Below, piece after piece: positions 18,078 through 27,740 of a stretch of 55,125 nucleotides of DNA (the first letter of the stretch is position 1; each line of letters opens with the position of its first letter). The translations under genes were made by a program, and so were the position numbers. The DNA comes from Porphyromonadaceae bacterium (lineage in GTDB: Bacteria; Bacteroidota; Bacteroidia; Bacteroidales; UBA11471): positions 1 to 55,125 of the forward strand of contig JAJQIP010000021.1 in assembly GCA_021199145.1 (NCBI GenBank), read 5' to 3'. The notes beneath the pieces are model-generated. The model saw only the letters and a list, made by a program, of their open reading frames with translations, was not told where the DNA came from and ran no database searches.

Positions 18078-19925
18078 ATGGAAAAGGAGCAGAAAATCAC
18101 TATCGCCTGCATTGTGAGCAGTATCGTACTCTTGCTCATCAGCTTTTTTTCCCCTCTCCAGGAGAATATCCGTCTTATCCTATATAGTATCGCCTATCTC
18201 CTTGTCGGGGCGGAGATTATTGTCAAAGCGGTACGGAACCTCTTTCATGGCGAACTTTTCGACGAGAATTTCCTGATGTCTGTCGCCACCCTCGGAGCCT
18301 TTGCTATCGGAGAATATCCCGAAGCGGTGGCTGTCATGCTCTTCTACCAAATCGGGGAACTGTTTCAAGATATTGCTGTGGAACGCAGTCGCGCCTCGAT
18401 TACCTCTCTGATGGATATCCGTCCGGACTATGCCAACGTGGAAGATGAACAGAAGGAGTTACGACAAGTCGCTCCCGAGACGGTATTGCCCGGCAGTGTG
18501 ATTGTCGTCAAACCGGGCGAGAAAATTCCGCTCGACGGTATCGTCCTATCCGGGAACTCCTCTCTCGATACCACCGCCCTTACCGGCGAGAGCCGCCCGT
18601 TAGAGGTCTCTGCCGGAGACACCGTTATCAGTGGGAGTCTGAATATGACGGGCATGCTCCGCATCAAGAGTAGCGGCACCTATGGAGAATCGACGGTATC
18701 GCAGATACTTGAGTTGGTCGAGCATGCCGAAACAGGCAAAGCTAAAACCGAGAGATTCATCACCCGATTTGCCCGTTGGTATACCCCTATTGTGGTTATC
18801 CTTGCCGTACTGCTGGCCATCGTCCCGCCGCTGCTGACTGAAGGAGAATGGCTTTTGTGGCTCAACCGGGCGCTCATCTTCCTCGTCATTTCCTGTCCCT
18901 GCGCCTTGGTCGTCTCCGTCCCCCTCACCTTCTTCGCCGGCATTGGAGGCGCTTCCCGACGGGGCATTTTGATTAAAGGGTCGAATTACTTAGAGACCTT
19001 GGCACGTCTCCGTACCGTCGTTTTTGACAAAACAGGGACATTGACTCAAGGAAATTTCTCGGTAACCCGCATCTGTCCCGAGAACTTCTCCAAAGAAATC
19101 ATTCTGGAGCAGGCCGCTTTAGCCGAAGCCTATTCCGACCACCCCGTCGCTCTCTCCCTTCGCCAGGCCTACGCCCAATCCATTGACAAGAAACGGATAA
19201 CAGAGGTTGAGAATCTCTCCGGAGAAGGAATTCGTGCTATCGTAGACGGACAAACCGTTTACTGTGGCAACGAGAGGCTGATGCACCGGATTGGAATCCC
19301 GGTGAGTCCTTGCGAATATACGGGAACGATTATCCACATAAGTATAAATAAAGTATACGGAGGCTTTATCGTCATCACTGATACTGTCAAACCGCAATCG
19401 GCCGAAGCCATCGCTCGTCTCCGGCGGGCTGGCATCGAGGAGATTGTCATGCTTACCGGAGACCGGCAAGAGGTTGCTCACGAAGTGGCCCGCACAATAG
19501 GCATTGAAGAGGTGCATGCCGAACTCTTGCCCATCGACAAAGTACACTGCATCCAATCCTTGCAAAAAGTTAAAGGGGGCAACAACTCCATCGCCTTTGT
19601 CGGTGATGGCATTAACGATGCACCGGTATTGAAACTCTCCGATGTAGGGATTGCCATGGGAGGAATCGGAAGCAGTGCCGCCATCGAAGCCGCCGATGTG
19701 GTATTGATGGACGACAATCCCGAAAAAGTGGCCGAAGGGATTGCACTTTCCCGCAAGACCTTACGTATCGCCCGGCAAAACATTGTCTTCGCCATCAGCA
19801 TAAAAATCCTCGTATTGTTATTGGGGGCATTGGGCATTGCCCATATGTGGGAAGCCATATTTGCCGATGTGGGAGTCACCGTACTGGCCGTGCTCAATGC
19901 CTTGCGGGCCATGCGGAACAAGTAG
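18078..19925 (+). CDS. heavy-metal translocating P1B-type ATPase (Zn/Cd-like), no N-terminal HMA domain
   Basis: Motifs CPCALVVS (TM6), DKTGTLT, TGD, GDGINDAP. I chose MEKEQK (18078) as the start; 18030 is the alternative. Confidence 0.9.
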   Translation: MEKEQKITIACIVSSIVLLLISFFSPLQENIRLILYSIAYLLVGAEIIVKAVRNLFHGELFDENFLMSVATLGAFAIGEYPEAVAVMLFYQIGELFQDIAVERSRASITSLMDIRPDYANVEDEQKELRQVAPETVLPGSVIVVKPGEKIPLDGIVLSGNSSLDTTALTGESRPLEVSAGDTVISGSLNMTGMLRIKSSGTYGESTVSQILELVEHAETGKAKTERFITRFARWYTPIVVILAVLLAIVPPLLTEGEWLLWLNRALIFLVISCPCALVVSVPLTFFAGIGGASRRGILIKGSNYLETLARLRTVVFDKTGTLTQGNFSVTRICPENFSKEIILEQAALAEAYSDHPVALSLRQAYAQSIDKKRITEVENLSGEGIRAIVDGQTVYCGNERLMHRIGIPVSPCEYTGTIIHISINKVYGGFIVITDTVKPQSAEAIARLRRAGIEEIVMLTGDRQEVAHEVARTIGIEEVHAELLPIDKVHCIQSLQKVKGGNNSIAFVGDGINDAPVLKLSDVGIAMGGIGSSAAIEAADVVLMDDNPEKVAEGIALSRKTLRIARQNIVFAISIKILVLLLGALGIAHMWEAIFADVGVTVLAVLNALRAMRNK

Positions 19926-19984
19926 GGACATCCCCATATTTTCAAAAAACAGGGCTATTGCTTGCATAATTTCCAAAAATAGCC

Positions 19985-19992
19985 TTATTTTG
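19985..19992 (+). promoter_or_regulatory. near-consensus -7 box TTATTTTG (7/8) for the metK leader
   Basis: One mismatch to TAnnTTTG. It would place the transcription start a few nt before the pseudoknot stem that begins at 20003. Confidence 0.4.
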
Positions 19993-20002
19993 CAGCACTG
20001 AT

Positions 20003-20050
20003 ATGTGGATGGATTTGGCTGCTTGCAACCACATTAAAAAACTGCTAAAA
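20003..20050 (+). promoter_or_regulatory. candidate SAM-II/SAM-V-class riboswitch (H-type pseudoknot) in the metK leader
   Basis: P1 is ATGTGG (20003-08) with CCACAT (20029-34). Loop UUUGGC (20014-19) can pair with the 3' tail GCUAAA (20044-49, one G.U). An A-rich linker UAAAAAA lies between. The element sits 100 nt upstream of metK. Confidence 0.5.
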
Positions 20051-20149
20051 GGGTAACCCTCAATCTTCGGCACTTCCGCTGAAATTATTTCCATACTTTT
20101 TTACAGGGCCATCTCTTATCGGGGATTATTTTTTATAAAACCCTAAGAA

Positions 20150-21439
20150 ATGAACTATCTATTTACCTCTGAATCTGTATCCGAAGGGCACCCCGACAAG
20201 GTGGCCGACCAGATTTCCGATGCCCTCCTCGATGAATTTCTCGCCTATGACCCCCAATCGAAAGTAGCCTGTGAAACCTTGGTTACGACAGGGCAAGTCG
20301 TCCTGGCCGGGGAGGTGAAATCGAAAGCCTACATCGATTTGCACGAGGTGGCACGGCGAGTCATCAACCGCATCGGATATACGCACAGTGAATATAAGTT
20401 CGACGGCGATTCGTGCGGCGTATTCTCGGCCATACACGAACAGTCTCCCGATATCAACAGAGGGGTGGAACGCTCCGACAGTCTGAATCAAGGGGCCGGA
20501 GACCAAGGCATCATCTTCGGTTATGCCTGCAACGAGACCGACAACTACATGCCTCTCCCGCTCGACCTCGCCCACCTGCTTTTGCGGGAATTGGCCGCCG
20601 TCCGTCGGGAAGGGAAGGAGATGACCTATCTCCGTCCCGATGCCAAATCGCAAGTGACCGTAGAATATGATGAGAAACACCGGCCGGTACGTATCCACAC
20701 CATCGTGCTCTCGACCCAACACGATGAATTTATTCTCCCGACCGACAATACCCCCGAAGCACAAGCCAAAGCCGACCAAGCTATGGTCGAGCGTATAACC
20801 GAAGATGTACGCCACATCCTGTTGCCTCGAGTCATTTCCCAACTCCCTCCCCGAACCCAGGTTCTCTTCGATGACACCCTTATCCTCTATGTCAATCCTA
20901 CGGGGAAATTCGTCATTGGGGGACCCAACGGGGACACCGGACTGACGGGACGGAAAATCATTGTCGACACCTATGGAGGGAAAGGCGCCCATGGAGGAGG
21001 AGCCTTCTCCGGCAAAGACCCTTCCAAAGTAGACCGTTCGGCCGCCTATGCCGCCCGACATATCGCCAAGAATATGGTAGCGGCCGGCATGGCCGATGAG
21101 GTGCTCCTGCAAATCTCTTACGCTATCGGAGTGGCAGAACCCATTAGTCTCTTTGTCAATACCTACGGGACCTCTCATCTCTCCCTGAGTGATGCCGAGA
21201 TTGCCCGAAAAATCAGTGAAATCTTCGATTTACGGCCCAAAGCCATTGAAGAGAAGCTCAAACTGCGTCATCCCATCTACGAAGAGACAGCGGCCTACGG
21301 CCATATGGGGCGTAAACCCCGCACCGTGCATAAGATATTCAAATCCCGTTACGAAAAACCCGTCGAAACCGATGTCGAACTCTTCACGTGGGAAAAGCTT
21401 GATTACGTCGAGACATTGAGACAAAAATTCGCCTTATAA
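20150..21439 (+). CDS. metK: methionine adenosyltransferase (SAM synthetase)
   Basis: [36 protein letters not shown] motifs; 429 aa. Confidence 0.96.
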   Translation: MNYLFTSESVSEGHPDKVADQISDALLDEFLAYDPQSKVACETLVTTGQVVLAGEVKSKAYIDLHEVARRVINRIGYTHSEYKFDGDSCGVFSAIHEQSPDINRGVERSDSLNQGAGDQGIIFGYACNETDNYMPLPLDLAHLLLRELAAVRREGKEMTYLRPDAKSQVTVEYDEKHRPVRIHTIVLSTQHDEFILPTDNTPEAQAKADQAMVERITEDVRHILLPRVISQLPPRTQVLFDDTLILYVNPTGKFVIGGPNGDTGLTGRKIIVDTYGGKGAHGGGAFSGKDPSKVDRSAAYAARHIAKNMVAAGMADEVLLQISYAIGVAEPISLFVNTYGTSHLSLSDAEIARKISEIFDLRPKAIEEKLKLRHPIYEETAAYGHMGRKPRTVHKIFKSRYEKPVETDVELFTWEKLDYVETLRQKFAL

Positions 21440-21463
21440 ATTAACGTTTAAATATCCACTGAT

Positions 21464-22747
21464 ATGAGCGATACACAACATTTACATCCAGAGACCATCT
21501 GCGTACAAGGTTGCTGGAATCCCCGCAAGGGAGAACCCCGTATTGTGCCCATCTACCAAAGCACGACTTTCCGCTATGAAACCAGTGAACAGATGGCGCA
21601 ACTCTTCGACCTGAAAGAGTCCGGATATTTCTATTCCCGATTACAAAACCCCAACAACGATGTCGTTGCCGCCAAAATAGCCCAACTGGAAGGGGGTGTA
21701 GGAGCCATGCTGACCTCATCGGGACAGACGGCCAACTTTTATGCCGTATTCAATATCTGTGAGGCAGGAGACCACTTTATCTCCTCTTCCACCATTTATG
21801 GAGGGACTTTCAACCTCTTTGGGGTTACGATGAAAAAACTCGGTATAGAGGTGACCTTTGTGGACCCTGACGCTGACGAGGCGACCATCGAAGCGGCTTT
21901 CCGCCCCAATACCAAACTCATCTTCGGAGAGACCCTTTCCAATCCGGGCGTTCATGTGCTCGACATAGAGAAGTTCGCCCACATTGCCCATCACCATGGA
22001 GTACCTTTAATCGTGGACAATACCTTCGCCACCCCCATCAACTGCCGGCCTTTCGAATGGGGAGCCGACATCGTCACCCACTCGACCACCAAGTATATGG
22101 ACGGTCACGCCACCTGTATCGGCGGAGCCGTTGTCGACAGCGGGAATTTCGATTGGGAAGCCCATGCGGACAAATTCCCCGGCTTGACCCGTCCCGATGA
22201 ATCCTATCACGGCCTTATCTATGCCCAGGCCTTCGGGAAAATGGCCTATATCACCAAAGCCACAGTACAACTCATGCGGGACTTCGGATCCATCCAAGCT
22301 CCTCAAAATGCGTTCTTGATAAATCTCGGACTGGAGACCCTGCACCTGCGCATGGCCCGTCACTGTGAGAACGCCCAGAAAGTGGCGGAGTTCCTGCGCA
22401 CCTGTTCCAAAGTCGCCTGGGTCAATTATCCGGGTCTGAAAGAGGATAAATACTATGCCTTGGCCCAGAAATATATGCCCAACGGCACTTGCGGAGTGGT
22501 CACTTTCGGTGTGAAAGGCTCCCGTCAAGAGGCTCTCGATTTCATCGACCGGCTGAAGTTCATCGCCATTGTCACCCATGTGGCCGATGTGCGTACCTGC
22601 ATCCTGCATCCGGCCAGCCACACCCACCGTCAGCTCAGTGACGAGCAGCTGATTGCCGCCGGAGTGAGTCCCGATTTGATACGGCTCTCTGTCGGGATTG
22701 AAAATGTCGATGACATCATTGCCGACTTGAAACAGGCCTTTACCTAA
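21464..22747 (+). CDS. O-acetylhomoserine/O-acetylserine sulfhydrylase (PLP-dependent, Cys/Met metabolism family)
   Basis: PLP lysine context HSTTKYMDGH, N-terminal PIYQSTTF; 427 aa. Starts 24 nt after metK. Confidence 0.9.
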   Translation: MSDTQHLHPETICVQGCWNPRKGEPRIVPIYQSTTFRYETSEQMAQLFDLKESGYFYSRLQNPNNDVVAAKIAQLEGGVGAMLTSSGQTANFYAVFNICEAGDHFISSSTIYGGTFNLFGVTMKKLGIEVTFVDPDADEATIEAAFRPNTKLIFGETLSNPGVHVLDIEKFAHIAHHHGVPLIVDNTFATPINCRPFEWGADIVTHSTTKYMDGHATCIGGAVVDSGNFDWEAHADKFPGLTRPDESYHGLIYAQAFGKMAYITKATVQLMRDFGSIQAPQNAFLINLGLETLHLRMARHCENAQKVAEFLRTCSKVAWVNYPGLKEDKYYALAQKYMPNGTCGVVTFGVKGSRQEALDFIDRLKFIAIVTHVADVRTCILHPASHTHRQLSDEQLIAAGVSPDLIRLSVGIENVDDIIADLKQAFT

Positions 22748-22767
22748 GGCTTTATATTCCCGTTTTT

Positions 22768-22807
22768 AGGGCAGGAGACTTGGCCCTCTCCTGCCCTGAT
22801 TTCTTTG
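22768..22807 (+). terminator. intrinsic terminator after the sulfhydrylase gene
   Basis: 11-bp stem AGGGCAGGAGA/TCTCCTGCCCT followed by a T-rich GATTTCTTTG. Confidence 0.7.
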
Positions 22808-22881
22808 TATTCCCTGTTCTCGACAAATAGACGAAGGGAATATTTATGAGGAAAAGGGACAAAGGAATCCTATTTTTTGTG

Positions 22882-22889
22882 TATGTTTG
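22882..22889 (+). promoter_or_regulatory. -7 box TATGTTTG
   Basis: Exact TAnnTTTG match 27 nt upstream of the ATG at 22916. Confidence 0.5.
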
Positions 22890-22915
22890 TACAATAGAGT
22901 CGTTCACGAAGAGAC

Positions 22916-24073
22916 ATGAAACCCGTTTATCCCCTTATTTCCCTTTGGCTGTTACTCCTGATCGCCTGTAGCGGAGAGAAAAAGAGCCAAGCGTTTTCGC
23001 TCACGGCGGAATTCGATGTACCGGACCGGAGTTATCTCTATTTTTGGCAAGAGGAGTACAAGACGGGTATCTCCCTCGATTCGGTCCTGGTCCAAAAGGG
23101 GAAAGCCGTCTATCAGGGCAGTTGTGAAGATTTGGCCCGCATTGAAATCACCACCGAAGCGGGAGAACGGTTACTCTCGCTCTATGTCAAGAACGGAGAC
23201 CGGATAAAGATGAAAGGGCATATTGCCGCTCCCTACGAAATCACTTTCAGCGGCACCCCCGAACAGGAACTTATCGGGAAATTCCGCAACGACAACCACA
23301 CGTTGTTGAGCCGGGTGGACGAAGGAGACCGTCGTTTCTTCTCCCATTTGGGTGACACGCTATATCGGGACAGTCTGACCGCCTTGCGGGATACGCTGCA
23401 CCAGCGGGTCATCGATTTCGCCCTGGTCCATCCCGACTCCTACGCCTCCACCCTGCTTATTTATGACTATCTGCTTGCCCCCGAAACGGTCGAGACCGTC
23501 GACACCCTCCTGCGGGATTTGGCCCCCGAAGCGAAGCCGGTATCCCTGTTGGCCAAGACCGAACTCTATCTGACCACGATGCGGAAAAATCCGACAGGCA
23601 AAGTAATGCCCCACATGACTTTCCGCACCTCGACCGACAGCAGTATCACCACCAGCGGTTTCCGACGGAATACCACCCTTCTGACCGTATGGGCGACCTA
23701 TGATTCCCTCTCCCGCCGGCAGATGCAGGTATTAAAATTCCTCCGGCAGAAATACTCCCCCTCCTTCCTTCGTATTGTAAGCGTAGCGTTAGACAATGAT
23801 GAGGAACAGTGGCGGGAAGTATTACGCAACGACTCGCTTGAAGGTTGGCCGCAATGTCTCCTTCGGGAGGGGTGGAATGCCAACCAAGTCGACAACCTCG
23901 GTGTGCAGACCCTACCGGCGACATTTGTCCTCAATGGTTCAGGACGCATTGTGGCCAAGAATCTGTACGATGAGGCTCTTGTAGAGGCGGTAGACAACAG
24001 TGTCGCCCTCGTAGGAGAAGATACGGTGAAAACCGTCCCGTCGACCCCATCCAAAAACCGTCCTAAAAAGTAA
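22916..24073 (+). CDS. TlpA-like thioredoxin-fold lipoprotein with a degenerate active site
   Basis: Lipobox LLIACSG, an N-terminal domain typical of Bacteroidales TlpA-like proteins, and a C-terminal thioredoxin fold (LPATFVLNGSGRIVAKN). The WxxWCGPC position reads WATYDSLS. Confidence 0.78.
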   Translation: MKPVYPLISLWLLLLIACSGEKKSQAFSLTAEFDVPDRSYLYFWQEEYKTGISLDSVLVQKGKAVYQGSCEDLARIEITTEAGERLLSLYVKNGDRIKMKGHIAAPYEITFSGTPEQELIGKFRNDNHTLLSRVDEGDRRFFSHLGDTLYRDSLTALRDTLHQRVIDFALVHPDSYASTLLIYDYLLAPETVETVDTLLRDLAPEAKPVSLLAKTELYLTTMRKNPTGKVMPHMTFRTSTDSSITTSGFRRNTTLLTVWATYDSLSRRQMQVLKFLRQKYSPSFLRIVSVALDNDEEQWREVLRNDSLEGWPQCLLREGWNANQVDNLGVQTLPATFVLNGSGRIVAKNLYDEALVEAVDNSVALVGEDTVKTVPSTPSKNRPKK

Positions 24074-24080
24074 ACCCATC

Positions 24081-25619
24081 ATGTTGGTCAAAGTATTCGG
24101 AGCCGCCATGCAAGGCATTGATGCCCTTACCGTCACCATCGAGGTAGACTGTTCGCAAGGCATCCATTTCTATATGGTAGGACTGGCCGACACCGCCGTG
24201 AAAGAGAGTCACGAACGTATCCGCTCGGCCTTGCAACACAACGGCTACACCTTTCCCCGCCGTCAACTGATTATCAACCTTTCCCCGGCCGATATACGCA
24301 AGGAGGGGTCGGCCTACGACCTTCCTTTGGCCATCGGCATCCTGGCCGCCGCAGAAAAGATTTCCGCCGACAAACTCAGCCGGTTTATGGTCATGGGAGA
24401 ACTTTCGCTCGACGGTTCCATCCTCCCCATCCGAGGCGCCCTGCCCATCGCCATACAAGCCCGAGCCCAAGGATTCGAAGGACTGATTGTCCCCAAAGCC
24501 AATGTCCGTGAGGCGGCGGTGGTAGACCGTCTGACCGTCTATGGAGTAGAAAACCTCAAGGAGGTCATTGATTTTTTCAACGGAATGGGAGAACTCCAAC
24601 CGACCGTCATTGACACCCGAGCCGAATTTTTCGCTTCGCAGAATAATTTTGACCTGGATTTTGCCGATGTCAAAGGACAGGAAAATGTGAAACGGGCCTT
24701 TGAAGTAGCGGCCGCCGGAGGGCACAACCTCATCATGATTGGTCCGCCGGGAGCCGGAAAATCGATGATGGCCAAACGCATCTCCACCATACTGCCGCCC
24801 CTCACCCTGCACGAAGCCCTCGAAACGACGAAGATACACTCCGTAGCGGGCAAAATGGCCCGCTACAGTTCGTTGCTTACGCAACGTCCTTTCCGTGCTC
24901 CGCACCATACCATCTCCAGTGTTGCCTTGGTCGGGGGAGGCTCCTTTCCCCAACCCGGTGAAATCTCCCTCGCCCACAACGGGGTACTCTTCCTTGACGA
25001 ATTACCCGAATTTTCCCGTCAGGTACTCGAAGTCCTGCGGCAGCCCCTCGAAGACCGCAAAATTGTCGTCTCCCGAGCCAAGTACACCATCGAATACCCT
25101 GCCAGTGTCATGCTCATCGCCTCGATGAATCCTTGCCCCTGTGGGTATTACAACCATCCTGAGAAGAAATGTATCTGTCCTCCGGGGGCCGTACGGCGTT
25201 ACCTCAACCGCATCTCCGGACCGTTGCTCGACCGCATCGACATACAGATAGAGATTGTCCCTGTCCCCTTCGATAAGATTTCCGACACCCGACAAGGAGA
25301 GAGCAGTGCCGCCATCCGGGAACGGGTTCTCCGAGCCCGTGAAATTCAGAGCAAGCGGTTCCAGAACCTCCCCGGCATCTACTGCAACGCCCAGATGGAG
25401 AGCCGCCAACTGCGTACCTATGCCGTTCCCGATGCCACCGGTCTCGCCCTCTTACAGACCGCCATGAAGCAACTCCACCTCTCGGCACGGGCCTACGACC
25501 GCATTCTGAAGGTCTCCCGCACCATTGCCGACTTAGCCGGCAGTGAGGGGATACTCCCAGCCCATATCGCCGAAGCCATCACCTACCGCAACCTCGATCG
25601 GGAAAATTGGGCCGGATAA
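24081..25619 (+). CDS. YifB/ComM-family Mg-chelatase-like AAA+ ATPase
   Basis: N-terminal Lon-protease-like domain, Walker A GPPGAGKS, Walker B VLFLDE, C-terminal Mg-chelatase subunit ChlI-like region; 512 aa. Confidence 0.92.
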   Translation: MLVKVFGAAMQGIDALTVTIEVDCSQGIHFYMVGLADTAVKESHERIRSALQHNGYTFPRRQLIINLSPADIRKEGSAYDLPLAIGILAAAEKISADKLSRFMVMGELSLDGSILPIRGALPIAIQARAQGFEGLIVPKANVREAAVVDRLTVYGVENLKEVIDFFNGMGELQPTVIDTRAEFFASQNNFDLDFADVKGQENVKRAFEVAAAGGHNLIMIGPPGAGKSMMAKRISTILPPLTLHEALETTKIHSVAGKMARYSSLLTQRPFRAPHHTISSVALVGGGSFPQPGEISLAHNGVLFLDELPEFSRQVLEVLRQPLEDRKIVVSRAKYTIEYPASVMLIASMNPCPCGYYNHPEKKCICPPGAVRRYLNRISGPLLDRIDIQIEIVPVPFDKISDTRQGESSAAIRERVLRAREIQSKRFQNLPGIYCNAQMESRQLRTYAVPDATGLALLQTAMKQLHLSARAYDRILKVSRTIADLAGSEGILPAHIAEAITYRNLDRENWAG

Positions 25620-25643
25620 TATAAATACACAAGAAGAATTTAC

Positions 25644-27740
25644 TTAGCTGATACGGCTGAAATCAATTTTCCGGCGGAAGAGCTTTTCCAGCCGGCGGGA
25701 GAGGACGTAATTGTCAGGCGTTGTCAAATCCGGGTCGGCATCCAGCACCTCCCCGGCAATATCCCGGGCCAACTGCAGAATCTGTCCATCCTTGGCGATA
25801 TTGGCCACCCGTAGGTCAAAGGCGATGCCGCTCTGTTGGGTTCCTTCCATATCTCCAGGGCCCCGCAGTTGCAGGTCAGCCTCCGAAATTTCAAAGCCGT
25901 CGTTGGTCTGGGTCATGATTTCAATCCGTTTACGGGTATCCTCCGTCAGTTTGTGCGAAGTCACCAGCACACAGTACGACTGGTCCGCCCCTCGTCCTAC
26001 CCGTCCACGCAACTGGTGCAGCTGCGAAAGGCCGAACCGCTCGGCGTTCTCTATGACCATCACCGTGGCGTTGGGCACATTCACCCCTACTTCGATAACC
26101 GTAGTAGCCACCATGATGTGCGCTTCCCCGCTGACAAAACGTTGCATCTCGGCCTCCTTCTCCGCTGGTTTCATCTTCCCGTGAACCATGCAGACCACAT
26201 ATTCGGGGAAGACCTCCCGAATCTGACGGAAACCCTCTTCGAGATTTTTCAAGTCTATCTTTTCACTCTCCTGTATCAACGGATAGACGATATAAATTTG
26301 CCGCCCCTGTTCGATTTGCCGGCGGATGGCGGCATACAGTTCGCCCCGTTGGTTGTCGTAGCGGTGGATAGTCGTGACCGGTTTCCGTCCCGGGGGAAGT
26401 TCATCGATGACCGAGACATCCAGGTCACCGTAGAGCGTCATGGCCAACGTTCGGGGAATCGGCGTGGCGGTCATGACCAGGACATGGGGCGGACGGCCGT
26501 TTTTCCGCCACAACCGCGAACGCTGTTCCACCCCGAAACGGTGCTGCTCGTCAATCACCACAAACCCCAAATTGGCGAAGTTGACGGTATCCTCCAACAA
26601 GGCATGCGTACCGATGAGGATTTTCACCTCGCCCGACAACAACCCCGCATGGATTCCTTCCCGCTCCTTCCGGCGGGTCGAACCGGTCAGCAGTTCTATG
26701 CGCACCCCGAGCGGACGCAACATCTCGCTCAAGGTCTCGTAATGTTGGGTAGCGAGAATTTCAGTCGGAGCCATGAGGCACGCCTGATAGCCGTTGTCAA
26801 CCGCCATAAGCATAGCCATCAGCGCCACCAAGGTCTTTCCGCTCCCCACATCGCCTTGGAGCAGGCGGTTCATCTGCCGACCGCTTCCCACATCCGTCCG
26901 AATCTCCTTCAGAACCCGTTTTTGTGCTCCGGTCAACTCAAAGGGGAGACACTCTCGGTAGAAGCGGTTGAAATACTCCCCGATAACCGTAAAGGGAAAT
27001 CCGTCCAACGCCCGTCTCCGTTGGCGGGTATAGCGCAGAATATTGAGTTGCAGGTAAAAAAGCTCTTCAAATTTGAGCCGGAACTGTGCTTTTCGCAGCA
27101 GGTCGGGCGAAGGGGGAAAATGAATGTTATACAGAGCCTCTCCGAGGTAAATCACCTGTGCCCGAGCAATGACGGCGGCGGGCAGCGTCTCCGGCAACTT
27201 GCGGGGAACGATTTTCCACAACGTGGAGATGATTTTCTGTATGGCCTTGGAGTTGAGGAAGTGGCTCCGCATCTTCTCGGTCGTTGTATAGTAGGGCTGC
27301 AACCCGCTATAGCCGTCAATCTCCGTATCGACGGCATCGATTTCGGGATGGGCGATATTGAGGCGGTTGCCGAAGAGAACCGGACGGCCGAAGAGGGTAT
27401 ACTCCCGCCCCGGCTGGTACCGCTCCTCTATATATTTAATTCCTTTGAACCAGACCAGTTCGATAGTTCCCGTATCGTCGGCAAAGAGGGCGGTGAGCCG
27501 CCGCTTGCGTCCCTCCCCCTGCGTCTCATAGCGCATAATCTTGCCCCGCAATTGGATATAGGGCATCGTTCCGGTGACCTCCCGAATGGTATAGGTATGC
27601 GAACGGTCGATATATTTATAAGGGATATAGTAGAGCAAATCCTCATAAGAGTAGATTCCCAACTCCTTGTTCAGCAATTCGGCCCGCTTGGGCCCCACCC
27701 CGGGGAGGAACTTGATGTCGTTCATCGAGAGGTCACTCAT
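25644..27740 (-). CDS. recG: ATP-dependent DNA helicase RecG
   Basis: Wedge domain followed by SF2 helicase motifs GDVGSGKT, DEQHRFG, TATPIPRT, QLHQLRGRVGRG; 698 aa. Confidence 0.95.
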   Translation of the reverse strand: MSDLSMNDIKFLPGVGPKRAELLNKELGIYSYEDLLYYIPYKYIDRSHTYTIREVTGTMPYIQLRGKIMRYETQGEGRKRRLTALFADDTGTIELVWFKGIKYIEERYQPGREYTLFGRPVLFGNRLNIAHPEIDAVDTEIDGYSGLQPYYTTTEKMRSHFLNSKAIQKIISTLWKIVPRKLPETLPAAVIARAQVIYLGEALYNIHFPPSPDLLRKAQFRLKFEELFYLQLNILRYTRQRRRALDGFPFTVIGEYFNRFYRECLPFELTGAQKRVLKEIRTDVGSGRQMNRLLQGDVGSGKTLVALMAMLMAVDNGYQACLMAPTEILATQHYETLSEMLRPLGVRIELLTGSTRRKEREGIHAGLLSGEVKILIGTHALLEDTVNFANLGFVVIDEQHRFGVEQRSRLWRKNGRPPHVLVMTATPIPRTLAMTLYGDLDVSVIDELPPGRKPVTTIHRYDNQRGELYAAIRRQIEQGRQIYIVYPLIQESEKIDLKNLEEGFRQIREVFPEYVVCMVHGKMKPAEKEAEMQRFVSGEAHIMVATTVIEVGVNVPNATVMVIENAERFGLSQLHQLRGRVGRGADQSYCVLVTSHKLTEDTRKRIEIMTQTNDGFEISEADLQLRGPGDMEGTQQSGIAFDLRVANIAKDGQILQLARDIAGEVLDADPDLTTPDNYVLSRRLEKLFRRKIDFSRIS

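Noticed and set aside
20113-20120. A CTCTTATC box resembling the 5' start of SAM-I (S-box) riboswitches, just upstream of metK.
   Set aside because: Only about 30 nt remain before the start codon, far too little for a four-way-junction S-box. None of the other S-box conserved segments (GAGGGA, GCAACC) follow.
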